Assembly: GCA_951406725.2 (NCBI GenBank)
Contig: OX597828.1
Coordinates: 68,944,001-69,008,000, forward strand
Length of the DNA: 64,000 nt
Origin: Octopus vulgaris
Taxonomy: Eukaryota
Reading direction: 5' to 3'
Below the pieces are notes generated by a model, which was not told the DNA's origin, searched no databases, and saw nothing but the letters and a program-made list of their open reading frames with translations. Both the position numbers and the translations under genes were made by a program. This document shows positions 51,246 to 64,000 of this stretch, one piece after another (position 1 is the first letter of the stretch; each line of letters starts with the position of its first letter).

Positions 51246-51671
51246 TGATCCACGATGAATTGAAAGTCCTAAAATAGAGAGTAGTTGTTCTGATAAAATG
51301 TTTATTATTTATCAACAATAAACATTCTTACAACAACAAGTATAGGGAACAACCAGTACAGAGAGCAGAACCAGTACAGACAACCAGTACCAGAAGGAAA
51401 ACCAGTGGATACAACAAATGGCATCAAGCAGTAAGCCGTTCAGACAGTCACCAGATAGCAATCCTTACGGCAACCGACTCCACACCACCCACCGCTACCA
51501 CATAAACAACCGTCACAACACCATTACAACAACAACAACGGCAACAACCAGTAGTATACCAGCTACCACTGCACCGCCATAATTTGCGACACAACCACCA
51601 GCATAGCAACCACCGCCGCAATCACAAGCAATGCCATAACACCGCAGCAGAACAAAGGCAGTTGTACAGCC

Positions 51672-51880
51672 TTAGCACGCCGGGCGAAATGCTTAGCAGT
51701 ATTTCGTCTGCCGTTGCGTTCTGAGTTCAAATTCCGCCGAGGTCGACTTTGCCTTTCATCCTTTCGGGGTCGAATAAATTAGTACCAGTTACGCACTGGG
51801 GTCCATATAATCGACTTAATCCCTTTGTCTGTCCTTGTTTGTCCCCTCTGTGTTTAGCCCCATGTGGATAGTAAAGAAAT
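51672..51880 (+). mobile_element. Family C SINE (slightly 5'-truncated)
   Basis: Match to the family C consensus. Confidence 0.88.
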
Positions 51881-52512
51881 ATTATTTTGTACAGTATGAA
51901 AGCTGTACACCTGACAGTCTCAAAAACAACAACATTAGCAAGAAAATGAACAACAACAACAATATCAACTATAACAACTACAACAATGACGCAGTGAAAG
52001 TCTCCTGGGTATTTTCTACAATAGTTTATGACGGTCTGAAGAAAAGTGATAGGTGCTGATACATTGCTGTCAGCTGTTATCAGTAAACGGTGGCTTGTAA
52101 TAGAAAGTAAGACTAAACCAGAGATACACACATAGAGGAAAAACATGTGTGGGTAGAAGAACACCATTGCTAGGGACATACATATAACTACCAGCAGTTA
52201 CACACACACAATCACAAATTGCATACGCACATACAACCTAACTCACACACATAATGGTGGTAAATTATCCATCAATGTCGACGGTGAGAGTTTAGTTGTT
52301 TGATCGACTCACTAAATCAATAGTTGACTATTTTACAAATATGTGTACCCACTTAATATCGTCGTATCCAGGATCTCGGCAAACGTCTTTAACAGCTGTC
52401 TAACTTATGAAAAACAAAATTAAAATAGATGCTAAATAATAATTACATATGCATAGAGCTGAGGGGGTCTGGTCTGAAGTCCCAATACATCGCATATATC
52501 AGGTCACTGATA

Positions 52513-52604
52513 TAAAATTTTCGTTGCGTCTTGCAACCTTTTCAATAGTCTTGACTCAAGAGTCAAGACTATTGAAAAGGTTGCAAGACGCAACTAAAAT
52601 TTTA
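52513..52604. repeat. 45-bp-arm hairpin (2-nt loop, 1 mismatch)
   Basis: 52513-52557 is mirrored by 52560-52604. Confidence 0.93.
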
Positions 52605-52699
52605 GGAAAATAAAAATAAGAAAAAAGTGGAAATTTTACCGGTGAGTGTGTTACATTATAAGGCACAAAAGGAAAATGACTCTCCCCAGACACAACAGT

Positions 52700-52705
52700 A
52701 TATGC

Positions 52706-52760
<55 letters not shown>

Positions 52761-53154
52761 CATACATATATACATACATACATACATACATGCATGCATA
52801 CATACATACATGCATACATACATACATACATACATACATACATACATGCATACATACATACATACATGCATACATACATACATACATGCATGCATACATA
52901 CATGCATACATACATACATACATGCATACATACATACATACATACATACATGCATACATACATACATACATACATACATACATACATACATACATGCATG
53001 CATACATACATGCATACATACATACATACATGCATACATACATACATACATACATACATGCATACATACATACATACATACATACATACATACATACATA
53101 CATACATACATACATACATACATACATACATACATACATACATACATACATACA

Positions 53155-53188
<34 letters not shown>

Positions 53189-53252
53189 CATACATACATA
53201 CATACATACATACACACATACATATACATACATACATACATACATACATACA

Positions 53253-53286
<34 letters not shown>

Positions 53287-53676
53287 CATACATACATACA
53301 TACATGCATACATACATACATACATACATACATACATACATACATACATACATACATACATACATACATACATACATACATACATGTACATACATACATA
53401 CATACATACACACACATACATACATACATACATACATACATACATACATACATACATACATACATACATACATACATACATACATACATACATACATACA
53501 TACATACATACATACATGCATGCATACATACATGCATACATACATACATACATACATGCATGCATACATACATACATACATGCATACATACATACATGCA
53601 TACATACATACATACATACATACATACATACACACATACATACATACATACATACATACATACATACATACATACA

Positions 53677-53710
<34 letters not shown>
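52700..53710. repeat. (TA)n plus ~1-kb (CATA)n array
   Basis: Direct inspection. Confidence 0.97.
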
Positions 53711-54025
53711 AATATGCGCACATCATATGCATACATTCAAACGAACATGCCTAATGTCACTGTAAACTGATACAATCACCAACGTGTTTCGCAGTGTCTC
53801 AAAGAACCGCCGGGGTACAAGCTCCTTTATATCAAACATCAGACGGAATATGTCTATCTATCAATGATGACTATCTGTCAATGTACAGATTAGTTAGCCG
53901 AGAGAAGTGAATGAGTACAGTACACCGTTCTTCTATCGTGTGGAAGTCAGAACTAAGATATATTTATGATATATCTCGTTTTCATTGACAGCTTCGTGTC
54001 GCAGCATACAAGCACATGTATGTAT

Positions 54026-54125
54026 NNNNNNNNNNNNNNNNNNNNNNNNNNNNNNNNNNNNNNNNNNNNNNNNNNNNNNNNNNNNNNNNNNNNNNNNNNN
54101 NNNNNNNNNNNNNNNNNNNNNNNNN
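54026..54125. other. Assembly gap (100 N)
   Basis: Run of N. Confidence 1.
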
Positions 54126-55120
54126 CATACACACACTTACATCCTCAGTTTTATATATATAGATAAACCGATTGGTTGTTTGTGTCTTTGGGGACTCGCG
54201 AAGTGAAGTAAACATCCTCGGTGAGACACCCTTCCCCGCTCAAGTAAAGATCGAAAATTGTTTAAGGAAATTAGTCCTTTTGTTTTTCCCATTCTGCAGA
54301 GAAATGGTTAAATTTGTCATATGTGTTTGTGTACAATATAGGTTTACACATATATACATATGTGAGTGTGTGTATGCTGTGTATGTAATTTTATAAGCAT
54401 TTATACCTTCGTATTTGTCTATTTCACCTTTTAGGTTTATGCTGTTTGTGTGCTTCGATGTGTATCATGGAAGGGGCGAGGATACGAGGGAAAAATTCCG
54501 AATTTCTGAGCTTGATTAATGAGGCCAGCGGCTGATAGATAACAATCTTTAGTAGAAGTAGTTATCTACGTAATTTTTGTTAACCCACTTCTTCTCTACG
54601 GCTGACCAGGATACGCATACACATATACAAGCACCCGCAAGCGTATACATATCAACGAAGACGTACGTGTGCATATGTATGTATAGATAGATGGACAATT
54701 CAGATATATAGATAGGTGTAAAAAAGTATACTTGTATATGTGGAGGTTTGATGCATATCTATATGTGTGTGTGTGCGTGTGTGCGTGTGCGGTATGAACT
54801 TAGATGAAAGGTTTCCGGAATTGTAGGAAAATATTAATTTCGTCTTCTAGTGTATGCTGAACCGATTGGCCAACCAGCTGTGTATATACTAATCAGCTAA
54901 TTACCCATCAGTTATGTGTATAGTAAGAAAAAGGTAGAGTCAACCTATTTAATGTAGTGAGTTAAGATATGATATTTTAGTTAGCTGAAATTACAACTTT
55001 AGTAAAGAGATAACCAGTTTACTAATCATTAATTTACTAATGAATTAATTCCGGTCAAGAAAGACAAAGAAAGGAAATACCGAAATTTTAATTAGAATGA
55101 ATTAACAAAGAATGTTAGCA

Positions 55121-55342
55121 GGGAATGGGTGAGGTAGTCTGATTTTGGTAGTACCGTGGGACTGTTTCGGTCTTGTTAAGGATCTTCAGCAAAATGGGAA
55201 TGGGTGAGGTAGTCTGATTTTGGTAGCACCGTGGGACTGTTTCGGTCTTGTTAAGGATCTTCAGCAAAATGGGAATGGGTGAGGTAGTCTGATTTTGGTA
55301 GCAACGTGGGACTGTTTTGGTCTTGTTAGACATCTTCAGCAA
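55121..55342. repeat. 75-bp tandem repeat, 3 copies
   Basis: Units start with GGGAATGGGTGAGG at 55121, 55196 and 55271. Confidence 0.95.
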
Positions 55343-55352
55343 TCTTCATCAG

Positions 55353-55588
55353 ACCTATTTCTTTATTACCCACAAGAGGCTAAACACAGAGGGGACAAAC
55401 AAGGACAGACATAGGTATTAAGTCGATTACATCGACCCCAGTGCGTAACTGGTGCTTAATTTATCGACCCCGAAAGGATGAAAGGCAAAGTCGACCTCGG
55501 CGGAATTTGAACTCACAACGTAACGGCAGCCGAAATACCGCTTAGCATTTCGCCCGGCGTGCTAACGTTTCTGCCAACTCGCCGCCTT
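55353..55588 (-). mobile_element. Family C SINE with TSD
   Basis: Flanked by CTTCATCAGACC. Confidence 0.92.
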
Positions 55589-55851
55589 CATCAGACCATT
55601 TAATGTAATGATTCTATGAGTCTGTTTCTTCGTCACGGGTGTAACATTACTTGAAATCACTTATCTACACTAACACCGAACTTGCTTTTTGATTTCCATG
55701 CAAAGCATGCACCTCACTACTCATCCTCCATCCTTTTAATCTACAATCTGTATTGTATACAGTCATCACCCAGCACACATGCGTATATAAACTTTACACA
55801 ATATCTAGAACTGACTAGTCGCCCAGCTATGCGTATGTATTATATACAGCC

Positions 55852-56081
55852 TGGCGAGCTGGCAGAAACGTTAGCACGCCGGGCGAAATGCTGAGCGGTA
55901 TTTCGTCTATCGTTACGTTCTGAGTTCAAATTCCGCCGAGGTCGACTTTGCCTTTCATAATCTCGGGGTCGATAAATAAAGTACCAGTTTCGCACTGGGG
56001 TCGATGTAATCGACTTAATCCCTTTGTCTGTCCTTGTTTGTCTCCTCTGTGTTTGGCCCCTTGTGGGCAGTATAGAAATAG
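55852..56081 (+). mobile_element. Family C SINE
   Basis: Match to the family C consensus. Confidence 0.9.
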
Positions 56082-56322
56082 ATATCGACTTCAATACATG
56101 AGTGGTACTTTACTTTATCACTCTTGAGAGTAAAAGTTGAACTCTGCGAAATTTGGTAAGTGAACATAAAGTGCAAAAAAAAAAAGACAAAACAAACACA
56201 AAAAACCCCCAAAAGAAGCGAAAAACGCAAAGCATTTTGTTGGATGCTCTATCGATTCTACCAATCTATCATTTGATTAATTCTTTGTAACATAGATGAA
56301 ATGTAACCAGTTTTGAGTCAAT

Positions 56323-56556
56323 ACCTATTTCTTTATTACCCACAAGGGGCTAAACATAGAGGGTACAAACAAGGACAGACATAGGTATTAAGTCGATTAC
56401 AACGACCCCAGTGCGTAACTGGTACTTATTTAATCGACCCCGAAAGGATGAAAGGCAAAGTCGACCTCGGCGGAATTTGAACTCAGAACGTAGCGGCAGA
56501 CGAAATACTGCTAAGCATTTCGCCCGGCGTGCTAACGATTCTGCCAGCTCGCCGCC
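56323..56556 (-). mobile_element. Family C SINE with TSD
   Basis: Flanked by TTGAGTCAATACC. Confidence 0.92.
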
Positions 56557-57004
56557 CTTGAGTCAATACCATAGATATCAGTACTTGACTGGTACTTCAT
56601 TTTATTGAACACGGAAGAATAAAAAGCAAAGTTTATATCGGTGAGACTTGAACTCAATTATTTTTTTCATTTTAACCAAGAAACAAGAGCAGTATCTATG
56701 GCATTTTACAAGACTAGTTGAAGAAGGCCCAAATGCTTGCAATTGGGTGGACTCCTCTAAAGATATCTAAATTTCCATGTGGTGTTGTTAAACAGGATGA
56801 CTGACCAAGTCTACAACGAGAAAAGCCAATGCAACGCAAAAATTCACATTCAACACTCTGGTGGCGTTTCTGTGAATTCCTCACCCTAGATTGGAAGAAT
56901 GGTAACATCGATCTTGGCTGGATTTGAACTTAGAATATAAAGAACCAGCATAAATAGCATAAGACTCTTCATCCCTCGCTCTAATGTTTCCTGTCAATCC
57001 ACCG

Positions 57005-57013
57005 CTATACTAA

Positions 57014-57054
<41 letters not shown>

Positions 57055-57103
57055 GTACTACTACCACCACCACCACCACTAATACTACTACCACCACCAC
57101 CAT

Positions 57104-57147
<44 letters not shown>

Positions 57148-57165
57148 ATAATAATAATAATAATA
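57005..57165. repeat. (CTA)/(CCA)/(TAA) trinucleotide tract
   Basis: Direct inspection. Confidence 0.9.
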
Positions 57166-57554
57166 GGGTTTTTCTTTTGTTCCATGTCTCACAAATGGTA
57201 TGAATTCAGAGTGATATTTTTCGTAGTTAGATATTGTCATGCAAATCCACATAAAGCGCTTCGGATCGCTGGATCTTTAATATGTACAATATTTGGTAAG
57301 AATGTATCACTTACATTGACATTTGCACACAGCATCTGAAGAATGCCATTAAAATAACTGAGTTAACGTCTCAAAAAGATTTCGTCTCAGATTCTAGAAA
57401 CTTCGTTCTTAAAGCAGACATTTTCTCTAAGACATTCTTACTAGAACTCTAACCAAAAATGTAACATCAACTTATATACGTCTCTATAACAAACTATTTG
57501 GCTGTTTGTCGTTAATGCTTCACTGTACAGTTTTTTAAAGGGACTTCCGGTTAA

Positions 57555-57714
57555 ATTACAAGCATGGCTATGTGATTAAGAAGTTTGCTTGGCATCACGT
57601 TGTTCCAGGTTCGATTCCACTCTACAGTAGCCCGGCCAAACTCCTTTACTGAATCTTCAATACCATAAACATAATGTTTATGAAAGGAATTGGGTAGACG
57701 GATCTGCACGGAAG

Positions 57715-57752
<38 letters not shown>

Positions 57753-57796
57753 ACACATACACACATACATACACACACATACATACACACACAAAC

Positions 57797-57829
<33 letters not shown>

Positions 57830-58106
57830 GACACACACACACACGCGCACATACACACACACACATACACACAAACACACACACACAGGCACACACAACT
57901 AAAAGGGTTTTTAAACCCAATGTTTACCTTATTGTTTGTAAGCCTAGTACTTCTTCTATCGGTCTCTTCTGCCGAACCGCTAAGTTACGGGGACGTAAAC
58001 ACACCACCATCGGTTGTCAAGCGATGGTAGGGGAGGGGGGACAAATACAGACACACAAACATACACACACATATATATATACATAGACATACATACATAC
58101 ATACAT

Positions 58107-58193
<87 letters not shown>

Positions 58194-58365
58194 CATATAT
58201 ACGACAACCTTATTTCAGTTTCTGTCTACCAGATCCACTCACAAGGCTTTGGTCGGCCCGAGGCTATAGTATAAGACACTTGCGCAACGTGCCACGCGGT
58301 GGGACTGAACCCGGAACCATATGGTTAGTAAGCAGGCTACATGCCACACAGTCACTCCTGCGCCT
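57555..58365. mobile_element. Family D SINEs: diverged head (57555-57715 +) and near-full copy (57925-58365 -)
   Basis: Similar to 30648-31043, with an expanded internal (TA)n. Confidence 0.8.
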
Positions 58366-58735
58366 ATGTACATGTGTGTGTGTGTGTGTGTGTGTGTAAT
58401 GAAACTTTCATTTAATCAAGATATACTTGGCCTGAAGAGTAGCCTGCGGTATGCACCTCATTTGGACACATATCACTTCCGAGGTTCTGCTCGCTATGAA
58501 AAATGTAGCCCGGATCTTATCTATTCTGTTCCTTATCTCTTGTATTCTAATTCGCATATCCTGGTCGCCTACCGTGAAATATAAAAATAATTTTTTTTTT
58601 CTTCCGTTTATCGTACTTCGATACGAAAACTATCCACAACCTTCCGTCTCTATAAACTACCATTGTCTCTGAAAATTGTATTTTTTTATTTTTACTACGG
58701 ATTGCTTGAAGCTAACTTTCTTCCTACACCTCGAT

Positions 58736-58790
<55 letters not shown>

Positions 58791-58867
58791 ATGAATTAGA
58801 GATATACTGTGAAATTTGATTTAATACTAAATTGAATTTTTCCCTGTAAGTTTGGAACTATACTCCC

Positions 58868-58949
<82 letters not shown>

Positions 58950-59101
58950 GTTATTACTATTTTATTATTATTGTTATCATTATCATATATATATACATAT
59001 ACATATATATATATATATATGTATAGATATGTATGTGTATATACATATGGCATTCACACACATACACATATGACAGAGAGGGTGGTTGGAGAGTGAGAAA
59101 G

Positions 59102-59171
<70 letters not shown>

Positions 59172-59469
59172 GAAGAAAGAAAGAAGTGAAATGAATAGAC
59201 AAGACATTAAAAATAATTCTCTGCCATCTTGATAACCGACACAGTTTAAAACACTTGACGAAGGAAGTAAATGAACAACTACTCCCCCAATCAATGATCT
59301 ACTTAAAACCAGATTAGCTTCCACGCCCTCCTAACTGTCGAGCCGCACCACTCCTTCCCACTGCCCTCCCATCATTGAACAAAAATCCTTTTATCTGATA
59401 GTCATATAATATAGAAAGGTCTCTCACTGTGAAACGCTGATAGCAACTTCTGATTACATAGTATAAGAA

Positions 59470-59850
<381 letters not shown>

Positions 59851-60482
59851 GTGCTTGATGCTTGCGAGTGCACGTATGTGTGTACGAATGTGGTGTGTGT
59901 GAATATGTTTCAATATCGCAGTATACATACCATATAATGCACTCATTGGTTAAAACAATCAGCTATTTAGTAGTATCCTATTACTAAGGACGGACATAAA
60001 TGACAAACATACTCAAAATTAATTCGTACATTAAAACCAAGTTTTCCTGGTAAGGCACCAATAACAGCATTTCAAATCTTAAGAATATTCTTGGGTTTTT
60101 GGCATAATTTGAAATGATTTCTTCCATCTTAATTTCTATTTGAATTTCTGTTGTTGTTCTTTTTGTTGTGTACCTCACGAATGGAGTTAAGACTAATCGT
60201 GAAAATATAAGCTCAGTAAAAGAAAAAAAAAAGAAGTTGAGGTTTTAAACAAATTTGTCCTTGGCCTTTGTCCCCCACCCCCGCACAATTGAAGACATCT
60301 TCAGGACAAATGGCTCAAGGAATTCTGTGAGCGGGAAAACAACCGGAAGTATGCTCTGAATACTTACAACAGAGCCCGGGTTGTTTTACGAACGTGTTAA
60401 ACCAAAACGTGTGTTAGATCATCTTCCGCTCAAGTTCTCTTCTATTCAGGTCATCTGTTCATTCCATACATTTTATAAATTA

Positions 60483-60869
60483 CTAGCAGTATCGCCCGGC
60501 GTTGCTCGGGTTTGTAAGGGAAATAACTATATAAGCATTTTTAGAGATGTAAAGTATAATAGCCATCTCAATATGGCTAACCACAAAGGGAGGGGTGTTA
60601 CTGTAGCTTTTTACGTTCTGAGATTTAATAATACATTTTTAGAGAGTTACTTCCCTTATATAATAGCAAAAAAAATGCATTAAAAATGGGAAAAAATGAT
60701 GGTAATTTTCTTTTTAAATCGTAGACGCGCGCTAATACCCAGAAGGGCTCGATATGAATCACGACTATAAGATACCCGCTTTTGGTTACACTGCACCGCA
60801 AAATGTGGGAGTAGTTAGGAATCTAAATCGTAGGAGACAGACACACAACTTCACTTTTATATATAAAGA
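60483..60869 (-). mobile_element. Non-autonomous Helitron
   Basis: Minus strand reads A|TCTTTATATATAAAAG ... CCCGAGCAACGCCGGG (hairpin) CGATACTGCTAG|T: 5'-TC, 3'-CTAG, A/T target and no TSD. Confidence 0.78.
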
Positions 60870-61435
60870 TATGTTTTATAATTTTTGTGAATATGAAAAT
60901 TGAATTACTGGACTCTTTAGTGTAGGTGACAAAAAATTACTATGCATTCCAAGTAATCATGGGCTGTACATGGAGTCTTTTCCATGAGATATGATAAATA
61001 TTGACACAATATTTTGTTTTTTCATAATTAATCTTTTATAAATGATTGAGCTTACTTTAAGGGTTATGTATTATGGGATATAAGCACGAATTTCTATGAA
61101 GACTATATAATACTTTTTTGATAATAGAATCCATCATTTATTTGAATCACTTGAATCTTGTACAATTGCGAGTGTAATAACTGATAACTATTGTATCGGT
61201 ATCGTGCACGGAGATAGTAATATCTCCCAAACATGAACATTAAATCCAGTCTTTCCTTTATGCTTATTGTGTAGAATGTTACTTTAGCTAACTTGTTCCT
61301 ACATTTTTAAGGTGGAAAGATATGATTTTAGATAGTTTAGGCTACTATTTTTTGCCGGTCAAATGACCTCAGAGTGACTCCCACGTTGTTTTATACGAAT
61401 TTGACACTTGATCGATTCAGATGACTTCTCATCTA

Positions 61436-61535
61436 ACTGTTTGAAATTGATTTCTGTTTGAAATCGTTTTGAAACTGTTTGAAACTGTTTGAAATTGTTT
61501 TGAAACTGTTTGAAATTGTTTGAAATTGATTTCTG
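61436..61535. repeat. 10-11-bp tandem repeat (GAAA(C/T)TGTTT)n
   Basis: Direct inspection. Confidence 0.85.
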
Positions 61536-63259
61536 GAGTTTCTGACGTTTCTGTGAAAGATTTGCAGCCTGCCCCAGGTTATTATTTACTTACCATCCAC
61601 TTCACTCATCTACGCCAAACTCAAGCAGAGCAGATTCTTATGTATACTTTCAATTCGTGAAATAATTAACTGTTGGGTTATTTAACATAAGGTTCGGCAA
61701 AAATAAGGCCCAGTGGCATTCTGTTCATTGCCTCTAACCACTCTCTTCTCCCTGCTGAAACGGTCGTGTTCCTTGTCAAAGAAATCATTATTACTATTGA
61801 CATATGTTTCTTTGGCTTCTATTTTCTGTGAAAAATATCGTAACTAGTTTATCTTTTAATGCACTCATCCGAATACCACGGCTTTGTGAGTGCGTAGCTT
61901 TGTGAGTGTGCCTACGTGTATATGTGTGTAATTGCGTTAGTGGGTAGAGTGATGACCGTTTTTATTTTGCTTCTGTGTGTGTACATATGTGTATATATGT
62001 GTATGCGTGTGTTGTGTGTATGTTCAACCCGTGATATACATGTGTGTGTGTGTGTGTGTGCATGTCTCTGTGTGTGTTTCTGGATGTTTTTGCATGCATT
62101 GTGTAATGTTTGTATGTTATCTGCGTGTGAATATGTAGGCATGTGTGCGCGTTTGTGCTCTTGTGTGTGTGAGTATGCGTACATGAATATGTGTGGGCGT
62201 CTATGCGTACATGTGTACTTACGAATACATTTGAAGAAGATATGCAGAATGTACCAATCATGGTAGACCAGTGGTAGCTGATAGGATTTGGACATGTGAT
62301 TACTTTCTTTTCTAATTAATGGAGAGAAAAATATCTAGCTGATACGGGCGAAGAAAATAATTACAGATGAATCCCAAATCATATCCCATAAGGCAACATA
62401 AAAATACAGGTTGGCTATTGAGAATAATAGCCAACCTCAAACACGACACACCAACATCACATACAACTGAAAAAATGCAACTCACAAATAACAAAACAGC
62501 AAAATAACAGAAAAATAACAAAAAAGAGAAATAAAAGTAACAGAAAAATTAAAGAAGAAATCATGGAAAACAAAACTGGAAAACATTTGTATCCAATATA
62601 AACCTCAAAACAAACAATAAAACAAGATGTAATGTAATTAATGGCGTCATCAACGAGAGAAACAAAAGCGCCATGCCACAAAAATAATCAAAAATAACCT
62701 ATCCACACTGAAACACCCGGAAAACACCTTTCTAAGATATTTTTGAAAGAATCCACCAGAAGTGGGCAAAGAACAAAGCGAAAAAATACGCGCTTTCGCT
62801 TAAACTAGGATTTGAACTCTTTTTCTCTCCAGTCACCCAAGAAGTAAAAAGAAAACTAAAATCTAAAACAAAAAGCAGGACCAGGCAAAATCCTAAACAT
62901 ACTCCCAAAACACTTGAGGCCTGAAAAGTATCAATGAACTTACCAACATATACAAAGTATAACAGTTCTGAAGGCCAACAAAGACCCTAAGCAAAAGAGC
63001 ATCATTCAAACACTTTCATTGAAGGACAGTGAACCTACGGCAAAAACAGAAAACGTGAAGACTGATTTATCTGTGTGTTACGTTAATTCTGTGCCATTTA
63101 CAAGCTGCATCATGTTTCCACGAATGCATATGTGTGAGTTTAGTTGTGTGTGTCTTCATGTGACCTGTGATTGCTGGTAGATGCGAGTATAGCTGAGTAG
63201 GCATGCACATGTGTGAATGTGACTTGTTAGTGTGTGTGTGTGTGTGTGTTGCAAAGAAA

Positions 63260-63975
<716 letters not shown>

Positions 63976-64000
63976 TACCTTCGGTCTTAATATATATAGA

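Noticed and set aside
50782-51650. Poly-N/Q/E/T-like coding appearance
   Set aside because: Trinucleotide low-complexity tracts without a sustained ORF or recognisable domain.
55115-55342. 75-aa ORF with 25-aa repeats, or a CRISPR-like array
   Set aside because: The ORF has a non-ATG start and results from the 75-bp period. The units have no unique spacers, and the context is eukaryotic with no cas genes.
26112-56608. Recurrent short ORF MRNWY...RPRKDERQSRPRRNLNSE
   Set aside because: Antisense reading of the family C SINE.

Overview
AT-rich, repeat-dominated animal DNA. The SINE/LINE repertoire, (TA)n density and TTAGGG-type repeats suggest an octopus/cephalopod, which is my inference. Only one host gene is well supported: a GAS1-like GPI-anchored protein with an uninterrupted ORF (2191-2985, +), preceded by about 2.2 kb of almost repeat-free DNA. 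The rest is intergenic: two abundant tRNA-derived SINE families, decayed RTE, CR1-like and R4/Dong LINEs, a Penelope-like element with a GIY-YIG remnant, non-autonomous Helitrons, two Merlin-type MITEs carrying telomeric repeats, long microsatellites and a 100-N gap. Nearly all ORFs in the supplied track are microsatellite or SINE artefacts. The most notable signal is a recurring class of short fold-back (inverted-duplicated) elements embedded in (TA)n/(TATG)n. Several carry hammerhead-ribozyme cores, in two cases on both strands, and are probably derived from Penelope-like pseudo-LTRs. All calls were made by eye, with no database searches, and repeat boundaries are approximate.
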